Both the position numbers and the translations under genes were made by a program. The notes under the pieces were generated by a model. That model was not told the DNA's origin, searched no databases, and saw only the letters and a program-made list of their open reading frames with translations. A stretch of 63,996 bases of DNA, the filler included, from Basidiobolus ranarum (Eukaryota): the NCBI GenBank assembly GCA_040143965.1. It is 6 parts of 6 records of this genome, joined end to end, with 100 filler letters (N's around TTAATTAATTAA, not from the genome) between each part and the next. Parts side by side here need not be neighbours in the genome. Positions count along the whole stretch, not along the records: positions 10,745 to 21,382 come from JASJQH010000683.1; positions 21,483 to 32,113 come from JASJQH010000684.1; 4 more parts are not named here. The stretch is one strand, 5' to 3'. Positions 11,229 through 29,061 of this stretch are shown piece by piece (positions within the stretch are counted from its first letter, which is position 1; each line of letters begins with the position of its first letter).

Positions 11229-12878
11229 CTTAAACATACTATATGAGAGAAGCTGTTAGGTATAAAAAGATAGTAATAGCAAATATGATAGAATATATAG
11301 ATGTAGCAGGAATCTTGTTGAATAATGATTCTATCTTTAAGTAGGTTTGGTAATTCAATGTATGACAGACCAGAGTACTAAATCTGCTATGCAGAAACTC
11401 GACTGAGTTGAGAACATTTTCACAACCAGGGTATTCCTTGAAGGTAATTTTCAGAGTGATATACTTCTATAGAGGCGCTACTTAGATTATCCTCTTTATT
11501 TCTGGAACCCTTAGCCTAGTCAGAGTGTTATATGTGAATGTCAACTCCTTCGCTTTACGTTGAGGAGTGTGTAAGCATGCATGTTTAATGAAATTGGCTT
11601 TCATGCATTACCTTCCTTTTCAACCTGCTCAGGTTTTCAACATCTGGCCTAGTAAATAAAATACACTATATTTACCCTACTGGGTTGCAGGAGAATAACT
11701 TGGGATAAATTTGGGGGTACTAGGTTTATTATCATGTCAGAATTAACTGTGTTATCACCAACATTTAGCCATTGAGCAGAAACATCAACCATAATTCAAC
11801 CAAAATAAAATTTTCAATAAACAGCGAATATCAGGCATATCATATGATATCTGGCTTCTCATTTGTTTTTTGTTACTGGCATGATGAGAATCTCTACTCG
11901 TATTTACCAAATGGTATTACGAATAAAAAACTAAGGGTGGTGGGCATAAGTGATGTCTTACTAATCTTTTCCACTTTGGCTGCATCTCTCGTATGTAACT
12001 TTTGATCCGACTCGAGCTGAGGGAGTGGGTTTGCGATAATGGTCCATTTATCCAACTGAAACCGGAGACTGAGTTAATTTAATGAGTATCTTACCAATAC
12101 CGGAAGGAGATGGAATAATGTGTTCTTAGCCATCATTTAGATTTTAAACAAACCTGATTGCTCGATAGGAGCCACTAGGAAAAATACATATTATGTATAC
12201 AACGATGCATTATTTGTTTGAAATTTACAAATCACAGTCGATTATTGTAAGTATATTAATCCGTTAACAAACAACTTCCAATGTGTAATTAAGATGGCAA
12301 GACTAGCCTTGACGCTCGCTCAAGAACATTGTGCTGCCGTTAACTACTTATAGCACAGACTAAGTGATGCGAAGACACCTGAGTTATGGTTGATGAGGTT
12401 CATAGGCTAACATATGCAAAGTATCGATAGAAGCCGGAGTCGACGTAACGCTCGCTGATATTGTAAAAGCAGAAGCGATATCCCATTAGTGCATCGATAT
12501 ATTAGAATAGTATGGGTGTACTTCGAAACTCATTGCTACTAACCGTGCGACAGGTCCTATCATTCTCAAAGAATTACATACTCAATCACACCGTGAGGGC
12601 TATAACCTTGGCAGCAGTTTCATAAACCGGAGTATTTATTCCATGTACAGCAGCGAATAGACGAACTGAGCTTATTAAGCACACACAATATCAGTATATG
12701 ACTTCAAGCATGTCTATTATTAAGCACCATAACAAAATGATGGAACTCTAGTGAATGAAAATCCCTTTGACCCGTTCTGATTAGCCAAGTAAGATAGAAA
12801 CAATCTCCAACAAACAGTATAAAGTAGACCCGAAGCCATACTTATTTCCATAGTCTCCAACCATATCCGATTGCAAAT

Positions 12879-14757
12879 ATGAATATTCAACATGATTCAA
12901 GCCCAGCAACTGTTCATCTTCGACAAGGCATATATCATGGGACATCTCACTCCACACACCGTACCTTTATGAATGTTCCGTATGCTCAGGTATTCAATTT
13001 GTTTCTATACTAAAGCTACACTCAGCTAATAAGAATGTTCAATAAATATAAAGCCACCAGTAGGTAACTTGAGATGGAAGAAGCCTCAAAAACTACACTC
13101 AAATCCCGAACAAACCAATGATGCAACCAAAGTTGGGTACGTACTACCCTCTGTTTTTTCAGCATGCAAACCGAGTTTGGTATAAGACTAACCCAATCCC
13201 CCATGCCAATAACAAAGACCATGCTGCCCTCAGCCAGCAACCCATATGGATTTTTTACCTGGGCTTCATAGTTCAGCGGAACACAACGAGTCTAATTGCT
13301 TAAACCTGAATATATGGACACCTCCTTTAGAGGAAAAGCCGGATAAGGGGTGGCCTGTAATGGTTCGTAGGTAGACATTAGGCATGACATGATAGTGTGT
13401 ACTAATATGGTTTCTCGCTAAAGGTCTGGATACATGGAGGTGGCTTCGTAGAAGGCATGAATTCATATCCGCTTTATGGTAAATATCAGACATTTGTTTA
13501 TGGTGTTCCTATGTGTGAGTGACCCTATGTTCAACATTTCTTTCTCTGTAGACGGTACCAATCTAACTAAAAAGCATCCAGTGATTGTGGTCTCCATCAA
13601 TTATCGTGTCAACATATTTGGCTTTCTGGGGAGTCAAGAGCTCATACAGGACTCGGAAGACGGAAGTTCTGGGAATTATGGGCTATTGGATCAAAGATTG
13701 GCCTTTGAATGGGTATACTTAAACAGTCATGAAAATCATAATATCAGTAGAAATTCCAATAGAGCCTAATAGATTACTTTAGGTTAAAGAAAATATTTCT
13801 CACTTTGGTGGCGACAAAACTCGTATATGCGCCTTTGGCGAATCAGCTGGCTCCGTCAGTATCGCCTACCAGCTTGTCATTTCAAGGGGGTTATTCCATC
13901 GAGCCATTCTGGAGTCGGGTGGCGCAGATACTTTATCTGCCGTTTCTATAGAAAAGCAGCAGATAGTTTTCGATGAAATATGTAGACACCTGGACATCAC
14001 TGAAGGGGATAGACTAGCAAAGCTTCGTGAAATATCTGCCGAAACGCTCGTTGATGCTCTAGATAAGGTATCGGTAGGAGCTGAATTCATATGGATGGGA
14101 ACCATAGATGGAGTGACCATCAAACAGAATCCAGGACTTCTTTATCAAGATCCCAAGAACATTGACCCATCTGTGAAAGAGATGATTATTGGAGAAACTA
14201 CTGATGAAGGGACTTTGTTTACAGATCTCATTCCTCTCAAAGAAACATTCAAAGCCACTCTCGAGTCAAAATTCTCCCCACACCAAACAGAAGTGATAAA
14301 GCGGCTCTATCCATGCGAAGAACCCGGCGAGTTATTAGCTACTATTGGTAAGATTTGCGGGGATCAGTTAGTTGCAGGGCCAGTTCGGGAAACTACTCGC
14401 GCGCTAGCCCATGGCTCTAATCCCGCACGGAAGGTTTACTCTTATCGGTTCAATGCACCCATGGAAAAAACTGCGGGCTTTAATCTTGGAGTTCATCACA
14501 TACAGGAGGTTTATTTTGTATTCAACCAGACAGATTATCTAAATGAGAAGGAGCAGAAAGTTTCGGAAAAGATATCCCAGTTCTGGGTCAATTTTGCCAC
14601 CAATGGAGTGCCAGATGACGAGTGGGAACCCTTCCTAACCAACCGTGAAACAAAGTTAGTGTTCGAACCAAATGGTATAATCAGGAACCAAATCGATGAT
14701 GACGAAGTTCGCGATAAACGGTTGCTTTTCTGGAAGTCTTTCCGTGAGCAACACTGA
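12879..14757 (+). CDS. Type B carboxylesterase/lipase, multi-exon
   Basis: NVPYAQ/PPVGNLRWKKPQ, CLNLNIWTP, WIHGGGF, SINYRVNIFGFL, GNYGLLDQRLAFEW, GESAG nucleophile elbow, GVHHIQE, FWVNFATNG. GT-AG introns. Confidence 0.93.
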
Positions 14758-16393
14758 TTGGAACTTTCATGATATTTCTTCAAGGATACGGTGCAACCTT
14801 AGCAAAATAAACTCTGCACGTTTCTATGCATAAATCTTTTTATCATTCAAGAATTTCAGGTTGCTCTCTTTATCCAGCCAAGTCCTCTCCAATCAACACA
14901 CATGATTGATGCTAGCCCTAGCTGCAGAGAAATTGATTTGCTGTTGCGTTGAATTTCGTAGCATCGTTAAAAATCATTCTTACTATGACAGGCGTTATTT
15001 GCCTGCTCTTCTTTTAATCCGGTGTTATGTAGAGATTCAAGTGGAGCAGAATCCAGTTACTACATAAATACCATTTCGAGAACAGGTTCAAATCACGATG
15101 CTAGAGCATTTGCAAGTACTGGAAGGAGTTGCTAGCTAGTGCGGTGCACATGTGAGTTGCTTAATCAGTCAGAGGGCGACATCCTAGCTCAAAATATTTC
15201 TTTGATATTGCTACAATAAGCATCTTGCTATGCATAGACTATACCGCACTCGGTGACAATACACGCAAACCCACTTATGGTAATACAAATTAGACATCAA
15301 GAGGGTTTTTACATTATAATTGATAATGATTAGTTTACTGCCGATGACCCTGTACTGACTGGATATGCTACCACATGCATATACTATATAGCCTGATCAA
15401 GCGATAACAAACAGCAGTAGAAGCGAATGTGTTCGTTATGGTGGCACCTTTGTTTCATTGAATCTGCTAATATGTGTATGCTGAGATCATTCTAATGGGC
15501 GCCCATGGCGACATTCGGCAATTACAAGCATCTATTGTATTGGCGATAACAGCCCTACACCTCAGTATAATTCTAATGCACTGAGTAGGGAATTACGAGT
15601 GATAAAATTAGGTGCGGCGAGCAATAAGTCTAGTGCAGCACTTATGAGGCTTAACTGGTACTCCAGATATAGAACTATGATCAAATCTTCAGTTTTCAAA
15701 CAAGGCTACTATGCTTAGTGGTTTGTTTCTTAAATCATATTTAGAACACAGGTGTTGCCATTCCTACCCTTCCATTTCCAATTTAAGGTAAAATAAGCAA
15801 TTCCCACTCCCCATCTTAATCGCTTTCTAATTATTTGTTGATTACTGGTTTGCTAGGGTACTTGAATAAGTGTGCTTTTAATGTTTAAGTGGTGGTGGTG
15901 TCTTAAAATACTATTAACGAAAGAGCATCGAACTGCAATCTATGTCTAATCTAGATTACTACTGCATTAAATATGTATGGGCTTGTACTAGGCATCTCGA
16001 CCAGTCCATACCACAAATCATTTCTCAACATAATTGTATCCCTTCCCATACAAGCTTGTTACAAACAAGAAACATTTATTAAAGCATAACAGTTGAGGTA
16101 GTGGGTGAGAGATGAAGACAGTGGTAGTTGGAATAGCATTAATTAGTTGTAGGTATTTTGTTTTCTTCTCTATATTTAAATTTACCGATTAGTCATAGAA
16201 AACGCGTTTTAAAGGGATTGTGAAGAAAAGAGCCAGTTAAGGTTATGTCATCGATCGTAGACAAAAAACAGCCCTCGTAAAAATAGAGACTGCTCAAAAC
16301 GATAATAGAATAGATATCTTAGAAGGGAAAGTGAGTTTACAATAAAAAAAGGTGTGGTTTTTAGTAACCAGGTGGCCAGATTTGTCTCAGGAT

Positions 16394-16938
16394 TCAGCTC
16401 TTGAGAGAAGCCACTGATTGTGTTTCCTTGGAGCTGTTCAAAAAAGGAGCAACTCTCAAACTATGGAACTTGGCGGAAGGCTTATCATTACGAACTGACA
16501 ACATATCCTTAGATAGCGTTTTTCCACGTTTCAACTCTGTTACTTTTACCGGTGTTGAAGCCACGTCAGTTTTGCTAGTGTGTTGTTTCCAAAAGTGGAC
16601 TAGACTTTTGCGAAGTTGCTTGAATTTGATGACAGTACGATTCACTTTGGTTGGTTGAATCTCTTCCGTCGTCTCTGGTTTAGTATCCAAAGTGGGGTTT
16701 GTACATGGGATTTCTTGACTTGGCTCTTCAAATGTGTTGTCACGCTGTTATTAAATTAGTGGTCAAATTAGTTTAGTCTATCAAAAGATAAGCTAGAAAC
16801 TAGACTAACTAGTGCTCTGCGTTGCGCTTCAATTTCTTCGTGCATTTTTTTGCGCTGACTGTCGAATTCCGCAATCAGCTCCAGAGTAAAATCAGTGGAG
16901 TGATGTAGTAGCTCCTTGCTAACGCGTGTATTGCTCAT
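16394..16938 (-). CDS. Hypothetical two-exon protein (~160 aa)
   Basis: ATG at 16938 (MSNTRVSKELL...EIEAQRRAL), then a GTTAGT...CTAAT...CAG intron that splices in frame into RDNTFEEP...DTKPETTEE (ORF 16394-16690). Confidence 0.6.
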
Positions 16939-19900
16939 GGTATATCGAATAAAAGGAATATCTATAAGTTCAAAAGTGAAACAAGACTGCGACTTTGTTC
17001 AAAACTAATATAAAGAGATGTTAGGGAGTGGTGAGTGATGAAAGATGTATTTAACCAGGGACATGATGCAAGTACTCGAATAATGTGTGCTACTATGTAG
17101 CCCCTAAAGTTGTAAAGCTGAGATCGAAGAAAATCCTGCTTGGATTCTGGTGGTTTTGCTAACAAGCGAGTGCATGCAAGGAGTGTGTGTTGGTAGACGA
17201 TCATCACAATTGTATCAAGTGTGTTTCTCATCGACATGTTGAAGTCCCATTTGAGCTGGTTCCAACACTGGATTTGATCACTTATTAAGGATAGAGGCCC
17301 ATTATCCATCCCCTTATGGGAAGGTTTCCATGAAATCCGTAAGTTGCTTTGATTAAATATTGTTTCTCTGTTGTCCATAAACCCTCTATGTATAAATGAA
17401 AATATCCAATGCAAACCTGTTACCGTCAATTTAATAACTACAGCTAGCCTCAGGACGGGTTTCAATGCTCGGATGTGAGTACACGAGGCTTTCTGTTCTT
17501 CACTGCGCGCCCACTCTTCAGCATTGTCTGGGCTTGATCTAGATAAGGAAGAGTTCGCCGCATCAAATGAGGTGAATGGGTGTGAAAACCCTTCCACTCT
17601 GGAGGCATTCCTTGATTTATCTGATAGATTGGCCTCAGAACATCCGACGATGCGATGTTCATGGCTACTGGCTTTGCTTGCGCGTAGTCTCAAGACTGTT
17701 TCGCCATGCAAATTGACATAAGTGAGTGATTATTGATGCGCAAATCAGTGCCAACACTTAAAATGGCTAAACGGCACCACAGCTCATCAACTGTGAATAC
17801 CAACATTCCCAGTGATGCCTTTATATCGGAATAAATACCAGTACAGGAACTAGACCAGGAATGAGATATCTGAAACCCAGGTAAATATAGCTTCAAGAGG
17901 ATAATGCCATTGGTTCTTAAGACGCCCCTCAGAGCACTAACTTTACTGCTCATAATACTCATTCTCGTGAAAGATGAATGAGTACTCACATACATAACAC
18001 CTACATTATAATGGCAACTGTGAGCTGTTACCAGCACAAAAGTTAACAGTGATTCTCAAAAATATCTTGGTGTTCATTGCACCTGAGAAATATGCATATG
18101 ATTGAGTTCACCAACTACAGTGGCAAAAATATATCCCCATAAGTTAACTCGTTGTTCTTCATTAGTGTAACTTCTTTTTACCAAGAAGGTAGCTGTTAAT
18201 AGATCTATACCATGAAGCTAGAGCTTCTTAGCAAAATGAATGCAAGTCTTTGGCATCATGAAAGGCTTGCCTTGGATTCGCAGAGTTCCCATTGTGACAA
18301 TTCTATGCAGAATATTGAAAATGAATTCTTTGTCCCTAAGCAGTTTTCCCTAGCAGGGCCAAGTTGCAGTCACTCCAATCAGTGGTATCAAGACTACAGC
18401 AGTTGAGCTTAGGGTCACTTTCTAATGTTACTCTTTGTCTAGTTTCACTATATGGAGAAATAATTTATCCATTGGAAATATTGGCATACGATTTGCTCTA
18501 CTGAAATGGCACATCTGCCTCGAAGCACACTCTGGTCAGTAAAGCTTATCACAGATACTCCCAGATCTTGGTGCCACAGTGTTAATATACGTATGAATAT
18601 CCATTTTGAGACCAAGAGAGCATCCTTGAACATGCCAACAGAGAATCTACTGATCCCCATTCTATAATGACCGTACCGTGGCAGAGCATTCCGGAGCAAT
18701 CGATCGAAGATTGACATTGCGAGCAAAGCATCACCATGTTAATTATGACATCAAGTGTTTGGCAGATCTTGAGTCATTAGGCTTGGAAATCCAAAGTCGC
18801 CTCAGTCAACATATAACTAGTAGCCAATATTACGTTAAGGATTGCTGCTACAATGATTCAACAAAACTTATGTCTCGTTTCCTTGAGTGATAATCGAGGA
18901 GATTGTTGTTGTGCCCATCCTAATGAGCTGAATATATTGATCTTCGATATAGTGTGCGGTGCAGGATCCCGAGATGAATTCCGTAAAAGGAATTCCAAAG
19001 GCAGATGACGTCTAAATTACTTAATTCCAACATGTTGCGGGGGACAACTCTCCTCTGGTATTGTTGGGCCTCGCACCAGCAACCAGACAATCAAATTGTT
19101 AGAGCCAATTTTCATAATTGTAACGATTGTTCAGACTTTTTTCAGAGCAATCGGCGCCGAAAGACGTCAATCTGTCGGGATCCCATCATCCATCATGTCT
19201 GACAAGCTAACAAAACACAAATAGCCATGCTTGCCTCTGCATGTTCAAAGCAAAACCCCTAGCTTTTTCCCGATTTCACAACTCCAATGGATTCAACATA
19301 TATGCGCCATTAGTGGTCTAGCGAAATCCACCAGAAACTCCAAGTAAGCAAGGCTAATTTACCTGTATTGTGTGGATGCCAAGTTGGCCAAATATACGTG
19401 CATTGTATGCCATCTAGAATATCTCGGTTGGGGCTGTAGCTTGATTGCCATGAATCCTGATCTGAGACTCTGGGTTCCATGGTATTCCTATAATTGGGCA
19501 GCATCCATTGAGGCAGCAGTCAATCAAAAGGAGCTGTTTCAAATGATGGCTTTTTGACACGCTGACCTAATTGATAGATCTCTGCTTACCAATAGTGTTG
19601 CTTGATGCTCTGACATTAGATCATTATTTTGGGAGACCACAAATCGCTTAAAATATTTTGGGATTAAAGATCCATCAGTCATCCCTCTATTTACGGAGCA
19701 TATGCTGCCACCCATTCGAAATTTCGAATAAATAAGCCGATGCTAAGAAATCCTCCCTTGCTACTCGACACTTCAACTTAGCTTAGATTGCATCTTTCCT
19801 CTGACCCCAGCACTCCATCCTATCTCCTCTCTGTTCTCCAAATCCACATCACCTTGTTCACAGTGAGCACCTCCAAAGCTCCCCTACATAGATATCATTT

Positions 19901-20011
19901 ATAGAACCATTAGTCTCGATACTATTCTGGCAAAGTACAACTATACGTGCTTGCCCATACCTGCTTTGTTAATATTAGATAAGAATCTATTGATCAACCA
20001 CAGCTACAAAA

Positions 20012-21382
20012 ATGACCATTGGCTTTTCGTACAAACCAAGTCATATTTCACTCCCGGATACCTCTTTCTTCACTCGTAGCGCCAAATCCCCCAGTAAAGT
20101 ATACTCGACAAACCCTATAGACTCTCCAATCATCTCACCTTTAGCTTCTTCACCATGTGGCTCTGGAGTCAAAGGCTACTTTCCTACTCATGAAAGCCAG
20201 CAATCGCATGCAGCGGAGTCTATGCCTCGCTTCAATTTCCCCAGCATGCAGACAGCCAGAGTTAAGTCTACAGAAAAACCCCCTGTTACAACCTCGGCGA
20301 ATTCTGGATCCAATACGAACAACAGTAAAATAGTCACCCCTGAAACCCTGGCCAACCTCATCCAACAGGATACCCGTGAAGTAGTATTGGTTATTGATAA
20401 GCGATCTTACGCCCAATATTCACTTTCTCATATTCGTTGCGCCATTAATGTTTGTATTCCAAATACCCTACTGAAGCGAGCTTCGTTTGGTCTGGAAAAG
20501 GTTGCCGAGTCCTTGGTTGCTGAGAAGGATCGGGAGATATTGCAAAACTGGACGAGTTACTCGAATATTATAGTGTGCGATAGCACTTCAGAAGCTACTG
20601 CTGACAACACTCCTATTGCATATCTGACCAAGAAATTCTATGAGAAGAATCCCTCCACATCTGTTGGCTGGTTGAAGGGAGGATTTGACACTTTCCAATC
20701 AAAGTTTCCAAATCTATGTGATGAATCTGTACAGATACAAACCACCAAATCCTCACCATCACCTTCTAGCTTTTTAGCGGCTCCATTAACCTGTCCAACT
20801 CCTTCCGCGAGCAGTACGATTATGCCATTTTTCAATAATATCCGACCACATCACGAGGTGACCTGTGAGCTTGGCGAAATCGTAGCAATCCGCACCCCAT
20901 CCAAACCATCTAAGTTGAACATTGAGATTCCTGCCTTCATATCAGAGGTCTCTTACAACCCGCAAGGAAAATACAAGTTGTCGCAAACATTCAAGGTACT
21001 TTCTTTCACTTGCACTAATTCATGTATCAATTCCCTCTATTAACATACTGCTGTAGTGTATTGACAAGGTGGAACAGAAAAGATTACAGTCCTTACTGGT
21101 TCCCCAGACACATCCCGTTTGTCAATCTAATCCCTATAGCATCGCAGCCGGGGTTGAACGCGGTTCCAAAAATCGCTACAATAATATCTGGCCCTACGAG
21201 CACTCGAGAGTGAAACTTCAGCATCCAGACATACCCGACTCGGATTACATTAACGCCAGTTTTATTTGTGACAAGGATACACTTAATCAGTATATAGCTA
21301 CGCAAGGTCCTATGCCATCCACATTTGCTGATTTCTGGGAAATGACGTGGGAGCAGAATTCTCGTGTTATAGTGATGCTTAC
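20012..21382 (+). CDS. Rhodanese-domain protein tyrosine phosphatase (Ptp2/Ptp3/Pyp1-like), truncated by the gap
   Basis: Rhodanese domain (VIDKRSYAQYSLSHIRCAINVCIPNTLLKR...LKGGF) followed by the PTP domain (KNRYNNIWPYEHSRV, DYINAS, YIATQGP, DFWEM, VIVML). Intron at about 20996-21056. Confidence 0.92.
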
Positions 21383-21482
21383 NNNNNNNNNNNNNNNNNN
21401 NNNNNNNNNNNNNNNNNNNNNNNNNNTTAATTAATTAANNNNNNNNNNNNNNNNNNNNNNNNNNNNNNNNNNNNNNNNNNNN

Positions 21483-21957
21483 CAGCCCAGGACTCAAGCC
21501 ACAATGTAACGAGTATGAGTTAAACATTAATGCTTTGACGGAGGAGTTTCAGGAACCACCCAAGATATCCTGTGGTTGTGAATATGAAGTTCCATGTATC
21601 CCAAAGAATCCCGACGAGGCAGCCCTTTGTGAATCCTTAACCTGTGTAGCAATTGGAGTTCCTGCCACTACAGTCTCTACCAGTCGGTTGGTGCTGGAAG
21701 TTGATGAATCAGAGTTTACGGGATGTGTTACCTCGAGGTCCACTGCACCCCGCAAATACATTGGTGCGCGGGATGTGTGGGAGAAATTCTCTGCGAAGCC
21801 TGAGTTTGCGCATCTAAGTGTGGATTCACTATGTAAGCAATTGAAGAGCAAAATCAAAGTTCTAGATGGATGCAATGGAGAGAAAAGGCATGTCATCATC
21901 CCCGAAGACGAAGTGACTGCTGCTTTCGAAAGGTTACACCTTAGTGCTGCCAAATGA
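21483..21957 (+). CDS. Yap1/Pap1-like AP-1 transcription factor, C-terminal cysteine-rich domain (5' end lost at the gap)
   Basis: DVWEKFSAKPEFAHLSVDSLCKQLKSKIK...VIIPEDEVTAAFERL fits the PAP1 c-CRD pattern (IW....HP.F....IDGLC.ELK.KAKC....V...V...L). The frame is open back to the gap. Confidence 0.65.
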
Positions 21958-22342
21958 TTGGACCTGTTTCTTAGCATCCTTCATTCCGTTAGCTTCGACT
22001 AACAATGTATATCGATCAAGTTTTTCATAGAGCTTTCATCTGTTCTTCATATATTTACTTCTATATTGCACATTACCTTTCTTGAATAAAAGCCCCGACC
22101 ATTACTGAAATAGAAAAGTAATTTCTTAATTCAAACACGAATACCCAGAACTTCTTAAATGTGTTTAGAGCTTCTCCTCTGTTAGAGAAGCATCTGGACA
22201 CGTGTGACTTGATATTGATTTTATCGATGAATGCTAGATCCAACTCTACGTATCTCCCGGGGATTTTGCGTAACGCTATAAATAGAAAATTTCCATCATC
22301 TTGGTTAACGCTAGAGCTTGCAACCAACCCTTTGTACTTAAC

Positions 22343-23080
22343 ATGGCTACTTCCCAACTCGATTTCACCAAGTTAAAGAATGAATATTATGGTTTGCGTC
22401 ATGGATTCTCCAAAGCGAACGAACTCAACCTAATAGTATCCGATCCACGAATTGGATGTGAGAATTACGGTCTAACCGATCTTGGTAAATCACAAGCTAA
22501 GCAGGTAAGTTTCTATCCGAAATTTCCATAGTTTTCTTTTTATTTTTGTTCCCGTTATTAAATGTTTACTTTTTTTTTTTTTGGGGGGGGGTTTGGTTTC
22601 AAGGCAGCGGAAGAATTTTTTAACCAAGTTCAAGAAGGTTCGGTGGTCATCTATAGTAGTGATTTTCTTCGTACTCGAGAGACCAGTGAGAATTTTGTCT
22701 CACGTTTAAAAGAAATATCTACGAAATTAGATATCCATATAATTGAGACTCCTTTGTTACGTGAAAGATATTTTGGTGATATGGAAGGAAAAAGTTCTGA
22801 TAATTATGAGATTATTTGGAAATTAGACGAGAAAGAAGTCCATGAAACCGAATTTAATACCGAACCTGTACCTAAAGTTTTGAATAGAATATCAAATTTA
22901 ATACTCGAAGTAGAGAGTGATCCAATTCCTTCAAGACATATCATATTTGTCTCACATGGTGACGCTCTACAAATATTACAAACCGCTTTTTGTGATACTC
23001 CTTCCTCCAAACATAGATCTTTGCCACATTGGTCTCAAGGTGAAATTAAAAAATTATCCAAGAATATTGTTCAAGGTTAA
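22343..23080 (+). CDS. Histidine phosphatase / phosphoglycerate mutase family protein
   Basis: LRHG, GLTDLGKSQA, SSDFLRTRET, LRERYFG and VSHGD motifs. Intron 22505-22603 joins the exons in frame. Confidence 0.9.
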
Positions 23081-23479
23081 TAAAGTTGAATTGGTTTGCT
23101 GCTCGTAAGAGTTGATTGAAAAATAATAGCCAGTTCCACTATCTGCTGACAGAATGGGTTTTTACTTAATATTGAAGGGCGGGGGGGGGAAGAGAAAGAG
23201 AAGATGACAAGTAATTGGTACAGTAGGTATTTTGATGTGAACAATAACAACGCCATCAATATACGCAAATAACATACAAAGAATAACAAATACTACGCTA
23301 TCGATTGTCACAATGAGCGTAAAGATAGATCAATAAAGAGTGCGCTTGTACATGTGCTTGACAATCTGGCTAGTTTCTAACCAAGTTGCATACTTTTTGC
23401 ATTCCAAGTTAATTCAAACCAGAACAAGAGGGTTAATAATAATGTGTATTGAGGGTTTTTAGCAAGTTACGGCCTCCCG

Positions 23480-25329
23480 CTAAGCACCTTCAGAGGGTGG
23501 TAGGGAAAGACGTCGATCAATTCGTTTGTAGTTGGCAGTATTACGCTTCAAAATATCTACTACTGGGCCAAGAAGCCTCACAAATGCATCTTTGGATAAG
23601 GCTGCAGCCTTTACGTGACCTTTGGCTGTAATGGTAGCAACTCTGGGTGCGTCATTTAAAAAGGCAAGCTCTAATAGTACAGACAAAAAGAAGTATTGGT
23701 CAGGTTTAGTATAAAGAAAGGGATGGAAATGGAAATACCTCCAAAGTAGTCACCAGCTTTTAACCCAGGAAGTGAATGTTCTTCCCCTTCTTCATCCAGC
23801 TGGCTGACCGATGCCTCACCAGATTCAACGATGTAAAAATAATCACCAATCGAGCCTTGTTCAATTATAATATCTCCGTCTTCATACTCGACTGGTTCCA
23901 GGGCATCGGAGATTTTCACAATTTCTGATGACTCTAGTGAACGTAGGATGGGAACTGATTTGAGGAAGGATTCGTACATTCTGCGCTTACGGAAGGTGTT
24001 ATTCGTGATACTTCGTCGAAAAGTGACCCGATCAACTGCCCAAAGTACTCCATCAGTCACTGCCCTAACAGTAGCAGCTCTGGGAGTCTAGATATTCGAT
24101 GGTTACAGATCGTACATAAATATAGTTTCAATAAAGTAACCTACGTTATACATAAGTGCTAGTTCTCCAAAGCTCCCCCCTTGGCCAACTTGAATCACAT
24201 TCTTCCCATTCACAACAATGTCAAATAGGCCATCATCAACTACGTAGAAATTATCACCCTCGTCACCTTGTTTGATGACATCTTCGCCAGCTAGCACTTT
24301 CCGTTCGAACATCGCATCAACCTAGAATAAGAGTTGACGAATTCGTGTAAATATTCGGGAAACTAATGGTAAGCAATGTTGCAATATAAAATCATCACGC
24401 CACTAACAATCTCTCGTTTCTGATCTTCTTCCAAGTTTCTAAAAAGTAAGTTCGAGGAAGTAGCAGAGGCAATCCTCATTTTGGCTTCGTTACTCTTTGG
24501 GATTACGACTCTAGCGTAATCCTCCTCACTTGGTTTAATTGACTCTGCACTAACTGAGCCACGTCGACCTCTATTATAGGGAACGTTTACTGCTAGTTGA
24601 GTGCGTTGAAAACGTGTAGAGAGTTTTTTCTGGGGGTTTTGAAAGTCTTCTTGATCGATTTTTTGAGTGTTCTCTTCACTAAAGGAATAAATAAAAAGTG
24701 AGCACTTCATTCATATAAAGCTTCCTATATACTACCATTCTAGAATCTTTAGAATGCTTACTCTTCACGTTTTCGTTTTTCATTTACACTATCTACATTT
24801 TCTGGTTGATCTATAAACGGTGATATATAAACATGAATCAAGTTTATGAAACATAAAAGAAAAACTTCAAAGTAGTTTACCTTCAACCAGTTTTTCTTTA
24901 GAGTAAGTTGCGTTAACTTCTAAGGCACATTCTTTTAAATATTCCTAAGATTGTTTCTTGAGTTCTAAAGATATTTACCAAAAATATATAAAAGTGAACT
25001 TTACCGAATAATTGGAGTTTAAGCTTGAATCAACCCTAGTCTGAAGCTTGCTCAGACAATCAATCACGAACTGGAGTGGTTTTACTGGCTTATAAAGTAG
25101 CAGGACAGTCATCATGTGCTATATTCATGGTATAAGGTAAAATATACAGGAGAAAGTGGCGTATATCACGTTAGTGACTTCTCTTTTGTTTGAGGAGGAG
25201 GGTACTGTAGGGAAGATGATGAAGTGACTGAGATATAAACTATATAGTACTAACGTCAAATAAAGGTTCCAAGTTATACTTGAGTAAATACTCTTTATCT
25301 ACGGGACTTGGTGCGTTTAGACATGTCAT
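23480..25329 (-). CDS. cAMP-dependent protein kinase regulatory subunit, multi-exon
   Basis: D/D-like N-terminus ([35 protein letters not shown]), RRGSVSAES inhibitor site, and two cNMP domains ([31 protein letters not shown]). Confidence 0.93.
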
Positions 25330-25737
25330 GGTGGAGAAATAGTCGAATCTTATATTTGTTGGTTCAAGATCCTCTCAGCTATGATATGAAAAATACCGAA
25401 TACCGAATACTGAATAGAGAAAAGAGAAAGTTTCGTTCAAGTCTTCAGTTCAGCTTTAAACCTTGGTGGTTGTTTTTGAAGGATGCTATCAACGATAGTT
25501 TAACTGGCTTCTATGGGTACAAATTTAAATGGCCCAATGAGGACAACACAATAAGGGTAACATAGGGGGCTCTTTCTGAGCATTTATTATCCCCATACGA
25601 TTCCCACCCATATAAAAGGAGTAAAAGGAATGCAAATCGGATATTAATCAAGTTTAATGGGCATCATGGCAAGAAGCAAAAGTTACTCAGATTTATAATT
25701 GAATTTATTAAGATTGTCGTGTCTATAGAGTACATCA

Positions 25738-29061
<3,324 letters not shown>

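Noticed and set aside
16962-17711. 249-aa minus-strand ORF
   Set aside because: No recognisable motif and atypical composition; I cannot support it as a gene, though it is not excluded.
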